A DNA stretch of 64,000 bases from Lingula anatina (taxonomy: Eukaryota; Animalia; Brachiopoda), in contig CM120641.1 in NCBI GenBank assembly GCA_051362555.1, positions 43,840,401-43,904,400 on the forward strand, given 5' to 3'. The number at the start of each line of letters is the position of its first letter. Within the stretch, counting starts at the first letter, position 1. This document shows positions 1-13,600 of this stretch, piece after piece. Under the pieces are notes generated by a model. The model was not told the origin of the DNA. It ran no database searches and saw only the letters and a list, made by a program, of their open reading frames with translations. The position numbers and the translations under genes were made by a program.

Positions 1-480
1 TGACGGTGGTTGTTATGTATGAAGTATTGTGGAGTTTGATCATAATTCTCATTTTGAACGGATTTTTCCAGAACTCCGGTTTCACAGCCTAACCTGAAAC
101 TTACAGGATTAAAAAAAAACAAAAAAACTTAAAGCTGGTATCCCTTATATGGGAATGTGAAATTTCAATCTTATTCCAGAAACTTTGAATCTTGGTGACC
201 AACAATTATGGAGCACCAAACCAAACGTGAAGTCCCATAAAGTGTAATGATGAACGTTCAGATGAGTTTCAAAATTAATTTTTAAAAATGGGATCCAACA
301 GGTTCACCAAAGAGAAAAAAATTAAGTGTCAATAAAAGAACTTATTTTGCACATTCTTCTCTCAAGTATAAAAGACAGAATGGTCTGAAGTACCTTTTGC
401 CTGTTTAGTTTTAGCACAAAAATGCACTTGTTAATAGATCAGTAATAAAAAAGCTACAAAAACAAGTTTCATTGCACGAC

Positions 481-486
481 TTTATT
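481..486 (-). terminator. Candidate AATAAA polyadenylation signal of KIF23 (3' UTR about 1.1 kb)
   Basis: TTTATT on the plus strand about 1.06 kb downstream of the KIF23 stop. Hexamer match only. Confidence 0.4.
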
Positions 487-1546
487 TTTCTCAAATTTTT
501 CAAAGACAACCACAATACCTTAAAACATACATGTAGCACATTCACAGAAATGACACGACTGCCAGCCCAACATAAAGATAATATTAAATAAACAAAACTA
601 ATCTCTGTATCACAGTTATTCTGTCTTTCTGATCAATAAACAAAGCTAGTAGTTATTCACAACTTTGACAAATGATAACAATCATAATAAACCAACTGGT
701 CATATGCAATTGCCCTAACATAACCTTTTGTTTTAAACTATGAAGGATTTTTCAAATACTAGGGATGGTAAGTAAAAAGTAAATATTTCTCCATTAAAAA
801 AGAAAAAAAAAATCTAGAAAAGGGCTGCAGTTAAAAGTTCACATTTACCCCGATCATACACACAAGAACACACACATACATCAAAATGCATTTGGAGATT
901 TTTTTCCCCACCTCGAGATAACATTTCATGCTTTCTATTGTGAAAATATATCTAAAAAGTTTAACTAAATCCAATTAAGTCTACTGTACAGATGCTAATC
1001 AAAATTGTAGAGGTTTAATTTGTGTAATAAGATAATTTCAAAATGATATTAAAATAATGCTATGAAAGTATCTTTGAATTATTTCCTGCATCTTGGTAAA
1101 AGGTTATTCATTTAAAAGCAATATATCAAAACAAAAGATCCCCATCCTGTGGCACATTTTCTGATCGTACTTATTTTCCTTAAATGAAATTTCTTTTTTT
1201 TCTATTTCATATAACTAAAAGAACTGTGCATGATCACTTGGACTTTCGTAAACACATCTTTTTGATATTTGATGAAGCTTTAAATGTTTCTCTAAAATCC
1301 TTTGTTTATAAAACATGTCTAAGTCTTAAACCTGTCAAATTACAGCTGTTAAATATGATAAGTGACATGATTAAATAATATGTACAAAATTAGAAAAGCA
1401 GCATAAATGCCAACAACGGAGCTAAGTCCCATGTCCTGTATTGAAGTAGGTGCCATCTATGGTTGAAAACTGAGGTCCTCCATGAGTGGATTTCTAACAG
1501 TTGTTCCAAGTAGTGCACCCAAGGCAGTACGACTGTCAGAGAGATT

Positions 1547-4500
1547 TCACACACCAGAGAATTTGGACCTCCTGGAAATATTTACAGGAAAAGAATCATA
1601 CAAGTTGCAAAAAATACTCTTCTGGAAATATTTTAAGTTAAACCTACTGAGAAAAAATAATTACTGCAGTGCAATATTAATTTTCAAGATAAACTTGAAA
1701 AGCAGAAAGTAGCAAATTATTAATGCTGAGAGTAACCATTATGAAGCTTTTACTGTTTAAAGAAGAGAACAAGGTGAATCATTCTCTTTTCTTTTTTAAA
1801 GCCTACTCTATATCAATGCCATCTGGCATTTTTTTTAAAGAATGCTGAATCCTCGATCATGTTGGACAGAGAAACAGATACCTGAATGGCAATGATTCCA
1901 GACACAACACACCACCACACTGAAAAAATTACGCAGCACTACTTGTTGACATGAACTGAGCAAAATACAGACTTCAACAGAAGCATACAGGGAAGGCTTC
2001 CTTCCAAAAGGAGTGATACAAGGCCTGGATATAGACCCACATTTGCTCAGCACTTACTTTGTGGCGTGGCCCTCCAAAGCTACTGCACACCGGTCTTCCG
2101 TGTCCGTCCACTGACCTTCAAAGTCCTCTGCCTTGGGCTGTGGGGACCTGCGCTTTCTGGAAACATTACACATATATAAATATCATTTTCAATAAATAAA
2201 CAGGCATGAAATGAACAGCAAAAAAACCATAATATTTTTAGTCTTTAACATCAACATGTCATTCTTCAAGAACCTAATAATAAAAACTAATGTCTGGATA
2301 AGATTATCATCATAAGTAGATTGAAACAAGCGGATATGTTGAGTATTTTAACATTATACAGCCTAACTACAGTTTGGTGAAAGAAAAAAAACCTTTTGAA
2401 ATTTGATTGAAAGCATTTTTCTGCTTTGAAGCTTGGCACAAAACACAAATCTCTAAGATTTTCTTTCATTGTCTGGGAATACAAAAAAGTTGAAATGGAC
2501 ACTATTCTCCTTATTTTTTACTTCCCAGTTATATATCTTGTAATCTTCGGCCTGGCCTCCCTACTACTAATATATGGGCACCTGTACATACCTGGTACCA
2601 GGAGATATTTGTCGCAGGGTCTCCACGTCATTGAAGACCACACTAGCACCGCCACCAGCAGTGGGGACTACATTGGCCTGGAACACATCACAGAGATAAG
2701 GGATGTCAAATTATGAACTTGGGGAACAAATTTTCATTTTCTTTTTCTTTTTTTTTTCACACCTATGAGGCTATAACTCATTTTGTCTGAGAGAGACAAA
2801 CAATTTAAATATTGCCAAAAAAGTTTTCATTCAGTGATAAAAAATTATAAAAATATATACGCAAGAATCATTATCATTTGCATATTTTGTTCAGATTTCT
2901 TCTCAGAGACTCCAAGCTTTCTTTAATTGAATTTTTCCAAAAAAAAGGAAGCAACTAAAATATCATAATAATCAAATAATAGTAAATAAAAGACCAGCAG
3001 ATACCTTATACAGTTTGGTCTGCATCTCCCCATCTGAAGCCTGCTCCTGGTGCTGAAGAATGTACTTGGAGGCGGTCATGGTGTCCTTCACCTCCAGCTT
3101 ACTGACAGACTTCTTCTTACGCAGGTTGGGCTGCAGCACCGTATCTGAAACAGACAGGTCATGAAATTTGGCCTTGTGTCGTGAAATTTCAGTGTCAAGT
3201 CATGAAGTTTCTCTTGTAGATTACAACTTTGCTGTGAAATATATCAAGATACAGTAGAATTATACAACACTAGGAGAGAACAACGAGAGGATGATAATTC
3301 TGCACATGACTCAATAATTTCTTTGTGATAAATTGACAAGATGCTGACTTACCCAGCTCTATAGTCCCTGCAGGTTTGTGTTCTAGCCACACCTCATGGG
3401 AAGACTTGGAGCGTCTGTGAGCCTTAGGGTTGTACACTGGCTGGGACTGGATATCAAAGGTCAATACACATTGGTTATCACATCTTGTTTCAAATTGTTT
3501 TCAAATATACTTATATGTAATATTTTTTCCACTATGAAGCTAATAATGAACATTTTGATGCATTTTAAACAGGGGTTTTCCCAGGATTTTGGGTACAGGG
3601 GTGCAAAATCTCAATCTATAATATGGTCATCGATTTACAGGGAGTCCAACCCAAGCAAGCCCTACCCAAAAATTCCGTAAGCCATCCAGCCGTCTTTGGA
3701 AAAATAGGCTGTCTTTTGAGGCTAAAGGATGTTCAAATGACGGCTGGATGGTATTTTGGGGAAGGCCTTGCTTTTAAGCCTTTGGACCTACACAATATAT
3801 GGTTAAGCCCAAAGGAACCCCTCTAAGGCAAGTTCATCAGGCTAAGTGAGGTAACTTACCCCTTTGGGTGGTGGAGATGGAGCCCTCCTCTCAGTGGCCT
3901 TAGGACCATACGTCCTTCCTGACCTGGTGGCAGGCTTGGGTGTTCTCCCCGTGTAGCGCAGGTCCTGGTCGGACTTGGTCTGCACCCTGGAGGCGATGGT
4001 GGAGGTCATGTAGCGTGGCTTAGGGGCCACAGCGGGGCCTCTCCTTGGTGCCTTGACTGGTGGTTGAGTCGGGGTATCAATTTCGTTAGAATCTATGATG
4101 GACTTCAAGGCTTGCAGTGTGCGCTCTCTCTGCAAGAGCTGGGCCTCTGCTTCTTCTTCAATTTTCCTCTTCTCTTTTTCCTAAATAATTGTAAATTCAA
4201 ACTCAGCTCTAAGAGATTACTAGTTGCATGTATAACAGGAAGAAATTCAAGTAGGGGGAAAGCATTCAATCAAAGCAAGTATCAAACATGTAGTTTCCAT
4301 TTAAATGTGGTGGTGCTGCAACATGAATCCAATGCTATGATGATGTTATTAATAGCTGAAAGCCTTCAAAGTGAGCCCCTTTAACAAAAAACTTACCAAT
4401 TGATCCTCCATGTGCTGCTGGGTGAGTACCATCTTGCTCTTGAACTCACATTTCATCCTTTCCCTTTCTGACTTTTCTCTGAGGATTTTCCAGTCTTTTT

Positions 4501-7500
4501 CATTAAGCTAAAACAAAACAATAATAATAATAATAACAACACAAAAACAAATACAATTTTAGGCTAAAATTTTCAAAATTTGATTTTCTTGACTCAGTAA
4601 TAACTGAGGCCCATTTATCATTCTTGTCTAGTCTGAATTAAGCAGCCTGAGTTTTGGCTAATCTGCACTTTTTTGTAAAATATAACTAATATAGAGCACA
4701 GGCAGGCCCACAGACTAAGCATCAGTGTAGAAAATAATTTAAAAAAAAAAAAAAAAAATAAATAAATAAATAAATTGCAAAGCATACCTCTGTCTCCAGC
4801 TCCCGTTTCATGTTCTCAAACTGAGTATTCTTCCTCTCAAGCTGATCGTGACTCTTCTGCAGGCTGCGCAGTTTCTTCTCCACCCGCTCAAAGCTGCTGT
4901 CGCGTTTTCCAAGCAGATTTTCAAGCTCATCATTGCGATGCCTCAGGTCCATGTTCTCCTTCTCTGTCTTCAACAACTGGGCACGGAACTGATCAACTAA
5001 AAACAGAAGACAGGTTTTAATTTCACTTTGTTCTAAAAACCTGAAAGTGTCAAAGACTAGAATAATGACATGCGACTTGTGGGGGGGAAAAAAAAACACA
5101 ATTTGCAAGAGTACTCAGTTCCTTCTATGCACAATAATATTATTGTTTAAATTGTAAATATACAAATTGAAAAAAAAAATATATATATATATATATAATC
5201 TGACAACAAATTAAAACCACTCTTCAATATCAGGGAGCTTTCATGCATGAAGAGATTTCAATTGGAATGTGCTCGAAATATAATTTGAAAGGAATATAAT
5301 AGAAACGATTACTACTTCTGGTCTCATCACAGATCACAATACTTACATTTACTGTTCAGATCTGTTATTAAAGTGTTCCTCCTCATTTCCCTCTCAGCCA
5401 AGAACTGTATCAGGGGTACTATGACGCCTTCATCACTAGGATCAAGCAACTGGAAAGAACAATCAAATATAAAATATTAAAAACATGAGGATTGGCCAGA
5501 TATTTTCCTGACATACCTCAGTGTATCTTACAGTGCGGATGTTACAAGTGACTTGCGACTTCTCATCAAATGGAGCAAGATTTCACAGGGTTTGAAGAAT
5601 GGTGGTGTCAGAAATAATGAACACTAGCCAGTGTGGGAATGAATAAAAGATGGCAAAAATCCATTCAAGTACAATTTTTTGCACATCAGTAAAAATTACC
5701 CATATTCTGCAGGCTCTTACATATTACTTTCTAAGACAACAGCTCGTAGCTTCACTCTTTGTGCATGTATTCTAGCATGTATTCATGCATGCATTCATAT
5801 CATAATCATGACACAAATAAATGAAATTAATAAAATCATCACTCTACTATACTTTATCAACAGTACCTCACTGAAAATGATGGGTGAATGGATAAAAGAG
5901 AAAGGTCAATCAAGGCAAAGTAAGTCTTTCAGTTGTTTCCATACCTGTAATGCTGGAAATGATGGACCCATGCTGTAAGCCAGTGTCTTCTGGGAGGTGC
6001 CTAGAATTAACAACAGATAATCATCTCCTAGGAGTTAATCCTTTTTCAAGAACAATATTTTTTTCTAAGAATTTCATCTGCTGTGCTCTTTTACTATAAT
6101 ATTCTCTTTAATCAACACCTGTAGTCTCATTCCCCAAGAAGAAAATTGACAGACACCAAAAACAATTGGGGAGACAGTAACTCTAACATTAGCTGTTGAT
6201 TGAAGAAAATATCACAGCAACTGTTGCCAATCTATGCTTTGTAGTGTGGGTTAAGTCCAGGTGCATTTTCTAGCTCTAATAGCTATGCACGTGCATGTAG
6301 CATACAGTTGGCATCTGACATCTTGAACATTAATAAAATAACACTTCAGATTAGAATATTCCACTCAATTTCTGATGATGAAAAAATTGGAACAACTGTG
6401 ACAAACTGAAACAGCAACTGGCTACTGCTATCAAGGGTTCACTTTCACTGGGAAGATACTAGTAAGCTTTAATACTAGCAGAGGACTATTTTCTTGGCAG
6501 GTGATGATCTTGTAGAGTCATACAAAAGGATGAAAAATGGATACACACAAGAACACTGTACACCACCCACAATAATGAGGATTAAGTTTGGGTTAGTACA
6601 AAAGTAAAGCTTTTTTTTTAATGAGTAGCCCTGATAAGTCATTCTAGCAGAGAGAGGGAAAGAGAGAAAGATAGGGAGAGAGACAGAAGAATAAAAATAT
6701 AAACAAATAAATAAATTAATTAATTAAATTTGGTATAAAAGCACTACTCTTTGACCTTAAATCAACACAAACAACCAAACAACACACTCATTACCATGCC
6801 CAAAGTTCCTGCATGCAAATTTCTGCCAAGCACTGTATGCCAGGCCTGCATTTCAGGGAGAGGAAGAAGAAAAAAAGTACATGGTTATTTATGCTTGAGA
6901 ATTCTGCCAAAAGCACATAGTAAGGATGCTTCAGCACAGGTTGTTCTAAGCAAGTATTTGGAAAAAAAATGATAAAAATATAATTGAAAGCAGTAAATTC
7001 AAATAAAGGCTTAACAGGCACAAGGGCAAAAGGTTTGTCTCAAAATGAAGCAACTTCTGGGTTTGATTAGCATTTAATAATTCATGTTTATGAGGTGTAA
7101 ATAACTTTGAAAAAGGTACAATTTATATAAAGTATTTAAGGGAAAAGTATCAAGTATCAATGTCAAATGCCCCCATTACCACCAAACAAAAATTCAAATT
7201 CCAACAAAAAATTTCACACTCTGAACTGTAACAAATAACATTTTTCAGATTTAAAATAAGATCTATAAAACTATTTTCTTACTTCCTTCTTCCCCCATCT
7301 TGGTCATGGCCTCCTTGTACTGCTGGTTCATCCTCCTGCGTCCCTTGGCCAGTCCATAGTCAAACTGGACCTGCTGTGGTCTGGCCACCTGGACCTCCTG
7401 GGTCACCTCTGCAAACCTCATCACTTGCTGGAACACAACACAGCACAGCATATCAGGGACCAATAAGGCTAAATTGCGATTGTCATTATTAATTATCTAG

Positions 7501-7605
7501 ACAATAAGACATACAAGGACATATACACCTTCATATCACACTGCATATGAAAATGAAAAGATTGCCTACATGTAATTATTCAGAACATATGACACAGGTT
7601 GATAA

Positions 7606-7637
<32 letters not shown>

Positions 7638-10600
7638 TAAAAATAAAAAATTAACACATTTATTAGTTATAACTAACAATGCTTAAAGGGACAATAACTC
7701 TTCGTTTTGGCCAAAAAATGAATTTTCCTGGAGTAAACAACAATTTTCCCATACTTATCAATGGTTAATGAATCCATTTTTACATTTAAAGTTAGTCCCT
7801 GGTTTTTTTCTAAAAAGTTTGGTTTTTTGTTAAAATCTCTTAAGATCTCTTAAGAGATTTTAACAGAGTATAGCCATCAATGGAGGTCACATGGTCTGAA
7901 GACAAGCTCAGATATCAAAATAATAGCTATAACTGCTGTTTTTGTGGTAAAACAGAATATATTATATTTCTTTGAGTTATTCACAATGTTTCTATTGTGA
8001 AATATAGATCTCATATGAAGAGTTATTATCCCTTTAATATTCCCTAACAGCAAGCAAGCCGCACAATGTATGTTGACCTTAAAATAACAAAACTTGAATT
8101 TTCCAAGAAGTATCAGCTCTCAATTATTTATTTTTGCTATATAGGGGTATAGGATTTATGCTTTTAAACACGCAATTCAGATTCCAGCCTGTCAATCAAG
8201 CCAGTAGATTGTGTATTTTTATCAAAATAGTCAAGATATTCTACTAATGACTGACAGATGTAAACAAGCAGTCTGTGTGTCAATGATAAGGGAAAATACA
8301 TTTACATGTAAAAAATGTTCAGATTTCATTCTCATCTGAAATTCCATAATTCGGTAGTAAATTTTGTGGATAGAAAAAAAAATTTAACTGAACCAGAATT
8401 TCTTTTCCCTTGATGTGAGATTAGCTGAACACCAAGTACATGTGGAAAAAAACAAATAAATAAAATAATAATAAAACTCCCAAGGTGATAAAAACCAGGG
8501 AGATAAGGATGAAAAAAATAAACTGTGGTCTACAGTCTGCAGAGGTAGACAGAGACATGCTTTTTTCACATTTATCTCAAAATATAACAGTCAGCTGCCA
8601 GCAACTAATCTGATAACTTATCAGATAAAACTTACCACCCATACACAGACATCAAAAGTGATTAACAAAAACAGAGATACACGAGTGCAATTTAACTCCT
8701 GTTACAATATGAGAACTACAACAACTAACCACTGTCTCGTCATACTCCTTGGCTGCTGGGTTAACGGTGACAATCATGCGGACTTTCCCTTCACCGTCAA
8801 AGTAGTTCTTGAAGAGATGGGTCAGTTTGGAGTCCCTGTATGGCACCATCTGGAACAAGAGAGGAACAAGGTTAGTAATATGAAAATTAGATGTATTTGA
8901 ATGCACCTTGGCTGATACGCAAAAATAGAAATTGCTAATGTTTTAGACTGATTAGATAGCTACTTTCTTATAGTGAACTAACACGGCTTTATTCTGAACT
9001 GAAGTGGTCCAAAATTTTCAGTCATAAAATTAACACTTTCAGTCTTTTAATTCTTCTGTCAAAATAAGACCTGGGGTATTTTCCTAAGCATAGTTTTAAA
9101 TTATCTCTGTATGAATCACCAAACAGCATGATAACCTAACAGCCATTAATTTCAAAAACACTTCAGTCTTCAGTCAATTTTTTGATACAAAAAGGCCATA
9201 TTGCATCCACCTACCTTGTTAGCTCCTAGAAGCTGATTCTCTCTCAATGCATCCATGCATGCTCTAAGTGCCATTAAAGACTGGTTGATGTTACCTAAAT
9301 ATTGACAGAAGAAATAGCAAGACTAGTTTTAAAATTGGATTTAAAACCAATCCCCTTCGTCGTAAATTTACTTTGTAAATTAATTTCGCAATTTTTTTTT
9401 AGATTTCATGGAGTCATGTGTTATGTAGACTAATAGATAAAAACAATAAAAGCATAAATTCATTTAAAACAAGTTCACCACTTTAAAAAATTTAAAGGAA
9501 TAATAACTCTTCGTATGAGATCTATATTTCACAATAAAAACCTTGTGAATAACTCATAGAAATATAATATATTCTGTTTTACCACAAAAACAGCAGTTAT
9601 AGCTTTTATTCTGATATTTGAACTTGTCTTTAGACCACGTGACCTCCACTGATGTCTATACTCTGTTAAAATCTCTTAAGAGATTTTAACCAAAAACCAA
9701 ACTTTTTAGAAAAAAACCAGGGACTAACTTTGAATGTAAAAATGGATTCATTAACCATTGGTAAGTATGGGAAAATTGTTGTTTACTCCAGGAAAATTCA
9801 TTTTTTGGCCGAAACGAAGAGTTATTATTGCTTTAACCTAGAAGACAACAACTGGGTTCATCATAGTAAAATTAAAGCCAAATACTGTACACATTCTTAT
9901 TTGACTAAGAAAAATATAAAACATGTCATTGTTTTTCATAAACTCAGTACTGATTAATAAATCTGACTTTGCAAAAATAAATTCTATCCAGAAGAAACCC
10001 TTAATTTTGTATTGAAGTAAAGTATCAGCTCACCAGCTTCTCTCAGCCTGTCCCCAACATTGTTTGTCCTCACTAATCTCTCACTTCCAGCAAGATCTAC
10101 CAGGGCTAACTGACTGGAGCACACCCGAGACTTGTCCTGTATAATAATAACAACACAATAATAAATAACATTAAAAATAAAGGCAATCTCTTGACAGGAA
10201 ATAAATATTTTTATGCAAACTGGGACAATTGCTGGTGTTATATTAAAAATCTTAGATATCCAAATGAATACAGGAAACTCTCTTCGTTTTGGTAAGTTTA
10301 AAAATATCAACAAACACAGACACAAACTGTACTTCTACTTCTCTATTCAACCAGAAAATATTTGAATACACCCAACTGATCTTGTTTAATTAACAACAAT
10401 GATAAATTCTTGTTTATTAACAATGATAAACTGTCTGTGTACCTGTAAAACCTCCTCCCCAAGAGGATCCAGTGGAGCCTGCACCAGTCTGATGTTAAAC
10501 ACACTGTGACTACGACTGGACTCTGTATTTAGAGCAGTGTGAGCCACCTTCCTTCTTTTCTGACCTGAACATAAATACAAGAACATCTCAGCCTGTGCCT

Positions 10601-13600
10601 GGAACTATTTAATCCCATAAATCTGATTGCTGGAATCAGCAGTCATAGAAATACAAGTCTGAAGATGAATACTATAGATGATGGAAAAAATAACTTAAAC
10701 CTTTATCAGTAGCTACATTTCCACCATTAAAAAAAAAAAAAAAAAAAAATTACAAACCATACATCATTCAGACTAGCGACTACTAGTAAGTGGTCCAAGA
10801 TAACACACAGAGGATATATCTGCAGTAGAAAATAATTCCAATACATGTGACAGGAACCAAACATGAATATATCATAAGAGGCAACCCTCAGCATAAAGTA
10901 TGTCCGAGCATTTTAAAAGTTACCTTTGAGAAGAACATCAAAGGCTTCCTCAGCACTCTTCACCTCAACCTCTGTGCAGTTGCTCACATACATGCTGCGG
11001 TCACCATCTTCCCTGAGGATCTTGGAGTTGGGCGCTCTACAACAAAAACATACACGTCCATGGAGACATCTGTCACTCTTTCCTGATCATCTATTTTTCT
11101 GCATGCTGACCATGTGGCATGATATACTTTAAAACATCTAATTTTGATATGTTATGATTCATCCCTTTGTCTCGACAGAGTAAACCTGTCACAGGTTCTA
11201 GTTATTTCCATAAATCAATTTCCAATGTGAACATCACAATCCCCAATCCTCCTTTACTTATGTTCTGTCGACTACTGTTCTTTACTAAGTTGTTACAGAT
11301 GTGGTGGTTGTTAAGAGGAAGAGGGGTGAGACACTAATAAACTGTTTAAGACCTTAACTTACACAAAAAACATACATTTAGTGTTTTGATTCATATCACA
11401 AAATAGGTTTTTTAAAGTGGCTGTTTTTTTAATTGTAATTTTTTAAGTGCAAGTCTTTCTAAAACTATATAATTTTTGTTAGGAGCATTGTCTTTTTTAT
11501 TACCTGTAGCCTGTAATTGGGTCATAAGGAAGCTCCTCCAGAAGGTCATAGATGTAGTTGTTATAAATCTCAATGTAGGACACGAACACTGCATAGTTGT
11601 TATCCTCCTCAATATCATTCACCCTGGATGGGTCTGTGATCCTGGGAGCATCGCCAAACTCCACAGTCTTCTTGCTGTTCTTTGGTGTGGCGGGGGTGCG
11701 TGGGGCATCGAACCTGGGCATGACGTCCCGCTTCTGTCTCTCCACCATGGCATCAGCCTCTGTCTGGACATCATAGCCATTCATTTTGTCTGGCATGAAC
11801 ACCTAATAAGGAGGTATGAAATCTTGCACTATTCTAATTTTTAATTATCGTATGCGATGGCTGAAGAAGTAAACAGCAAAATCAAGGACATTTCTTGGCT
11901 TTAATTAAAAAACTGCTGATGCACATAACTTCACATAAGATACACACACAGCTGAAACTATTTAAATATTTCCTGACATTCATTAATGTGATTATCCACA
12001 TGGCACCACAACTAAATTGGATGTACCACCAATGGGCATTAACCCAGGGGAATACTCTATCTACTCACATATTTCTTGGCCTGTACTGAGGATATGCTGT
12101 TGAAGATCATATCCAGAGACCTGACCAGAGTACCTGGGTCTGAGGGTTTCCCTGTCATGGTGTACGTCTTGCCGGAGCCCGTCACGCCATAGGTAAACAT
12201 CAAACCTGTGGATAGCAAACGGTGTGAAAATGTATTTACAAAGTATAAGTATAATATCAGAAGCTTAACCTCTAAACCTCACTTGTGTTCGCTTATTCAA
12301 CAACAACAGCAAAATCCAACTCTAGTCAACAAGAAATGATTAAATTATTTAACCACATTTTAATTTCTTCAGATAATTCAAAACCTGGATCTTGTTTTTT
12401 AACCAACCAAAAAAATTTATGTAACAAAAACCACATATAATTCATACTAACCATTCTTCCCTCTGAGCAAGTCCTCCACAAGTGGAGAGGCCACAGTGTC
12501 AAACACGGCCTTCTGTGAAACATACTCGTCAAACACATACTTGAAGGCGTACTGGGTCTGGAAAAGAAGTTCAATGAGAGAAAATGAGATCTCCAGTCCT
12601 CCACAATTAGACAGCTCCATGTTAAAAACTGCCTTCTGTGAAACAAGGTTGTTGAACACATATCTGAAATTATTATGGGTCTGAAATAAAATGACAGTTC
12701 AATAAGAGAAAAGGAGACCTCAAGTCCACTATAACTGGAGAGATTAATGTTTATCACAAAGGACAAAATGAAAAATTTCTTGTGAATTATAAATATCACG
12801 TATATTCGACAAAGAAAATTCTATTTAGCAGCCAGGCTATTAGAGCAAGCTACAAACATAGCATAAACACACTTGCCTTAAAAAAAAAAAATAAATAAAT
12901 AACATAAAACTGCCGTGCTAAAACTCTTAAGAGTTTCTGAGCTCCTTTATAAGTTGTCCTTATAAAATGGTTGGACGATCCCTTTTGGAGCAACCCTGTG
13001 TAACTGGTTGTAATCAACTGCTTCATGACACAGTTAAAACTAAAGTAAGTTGCTACATTTATGACTCAGGGTTTGTTTTATTTTACTCCAAAAAATCATC
13101 TAATCATTTTACTAAGTTTCAAACTGATACATGTTTACTATGAATGAAGTGTCATGTTTTATGGGTCTTCTTCAACAAGTGCATTGAACTACATTATTAT
13201 GTAAAGAAATATTTCTTAACAATCTCCTTCGCATCTGTTAGATAGAAAGACAACCAAGTACTTTATTTAGGCCAGTCATATGGTTTCTCCTTGAAACAAT
13301 GTTCATGAATCAAAGGTTCCCATTAGAATGACAACATCATAGTTGCTAAACCTACTACAACATCCTCATTCAAGTTTTAAAAAATGCAGTTCACTTTCTT
13401 CATGCATACATTTTTCACTACATGCAGATTTCTTGTTCACTTATTGACTATATACAGGCAGGGTGAACCAAGTTCACCATATCAAGAACAACAACTAATA
13501 TAGTAATGACTTGACCTTTTCGATGAAGAAAAATTATCAAACTTCCAGATACATCATTTTATAATGATGAAATTATATTTCCATAAATCATTTGTTGTGC

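Noticed and set aside
6795-6808. Possible 14-nt KIF23 micro-exon (CAG|GAACTTTGGGCATG|GTAA)
   Set aside because: Would break the frame; the flanking exons 7283 and 6000 already join in phase.
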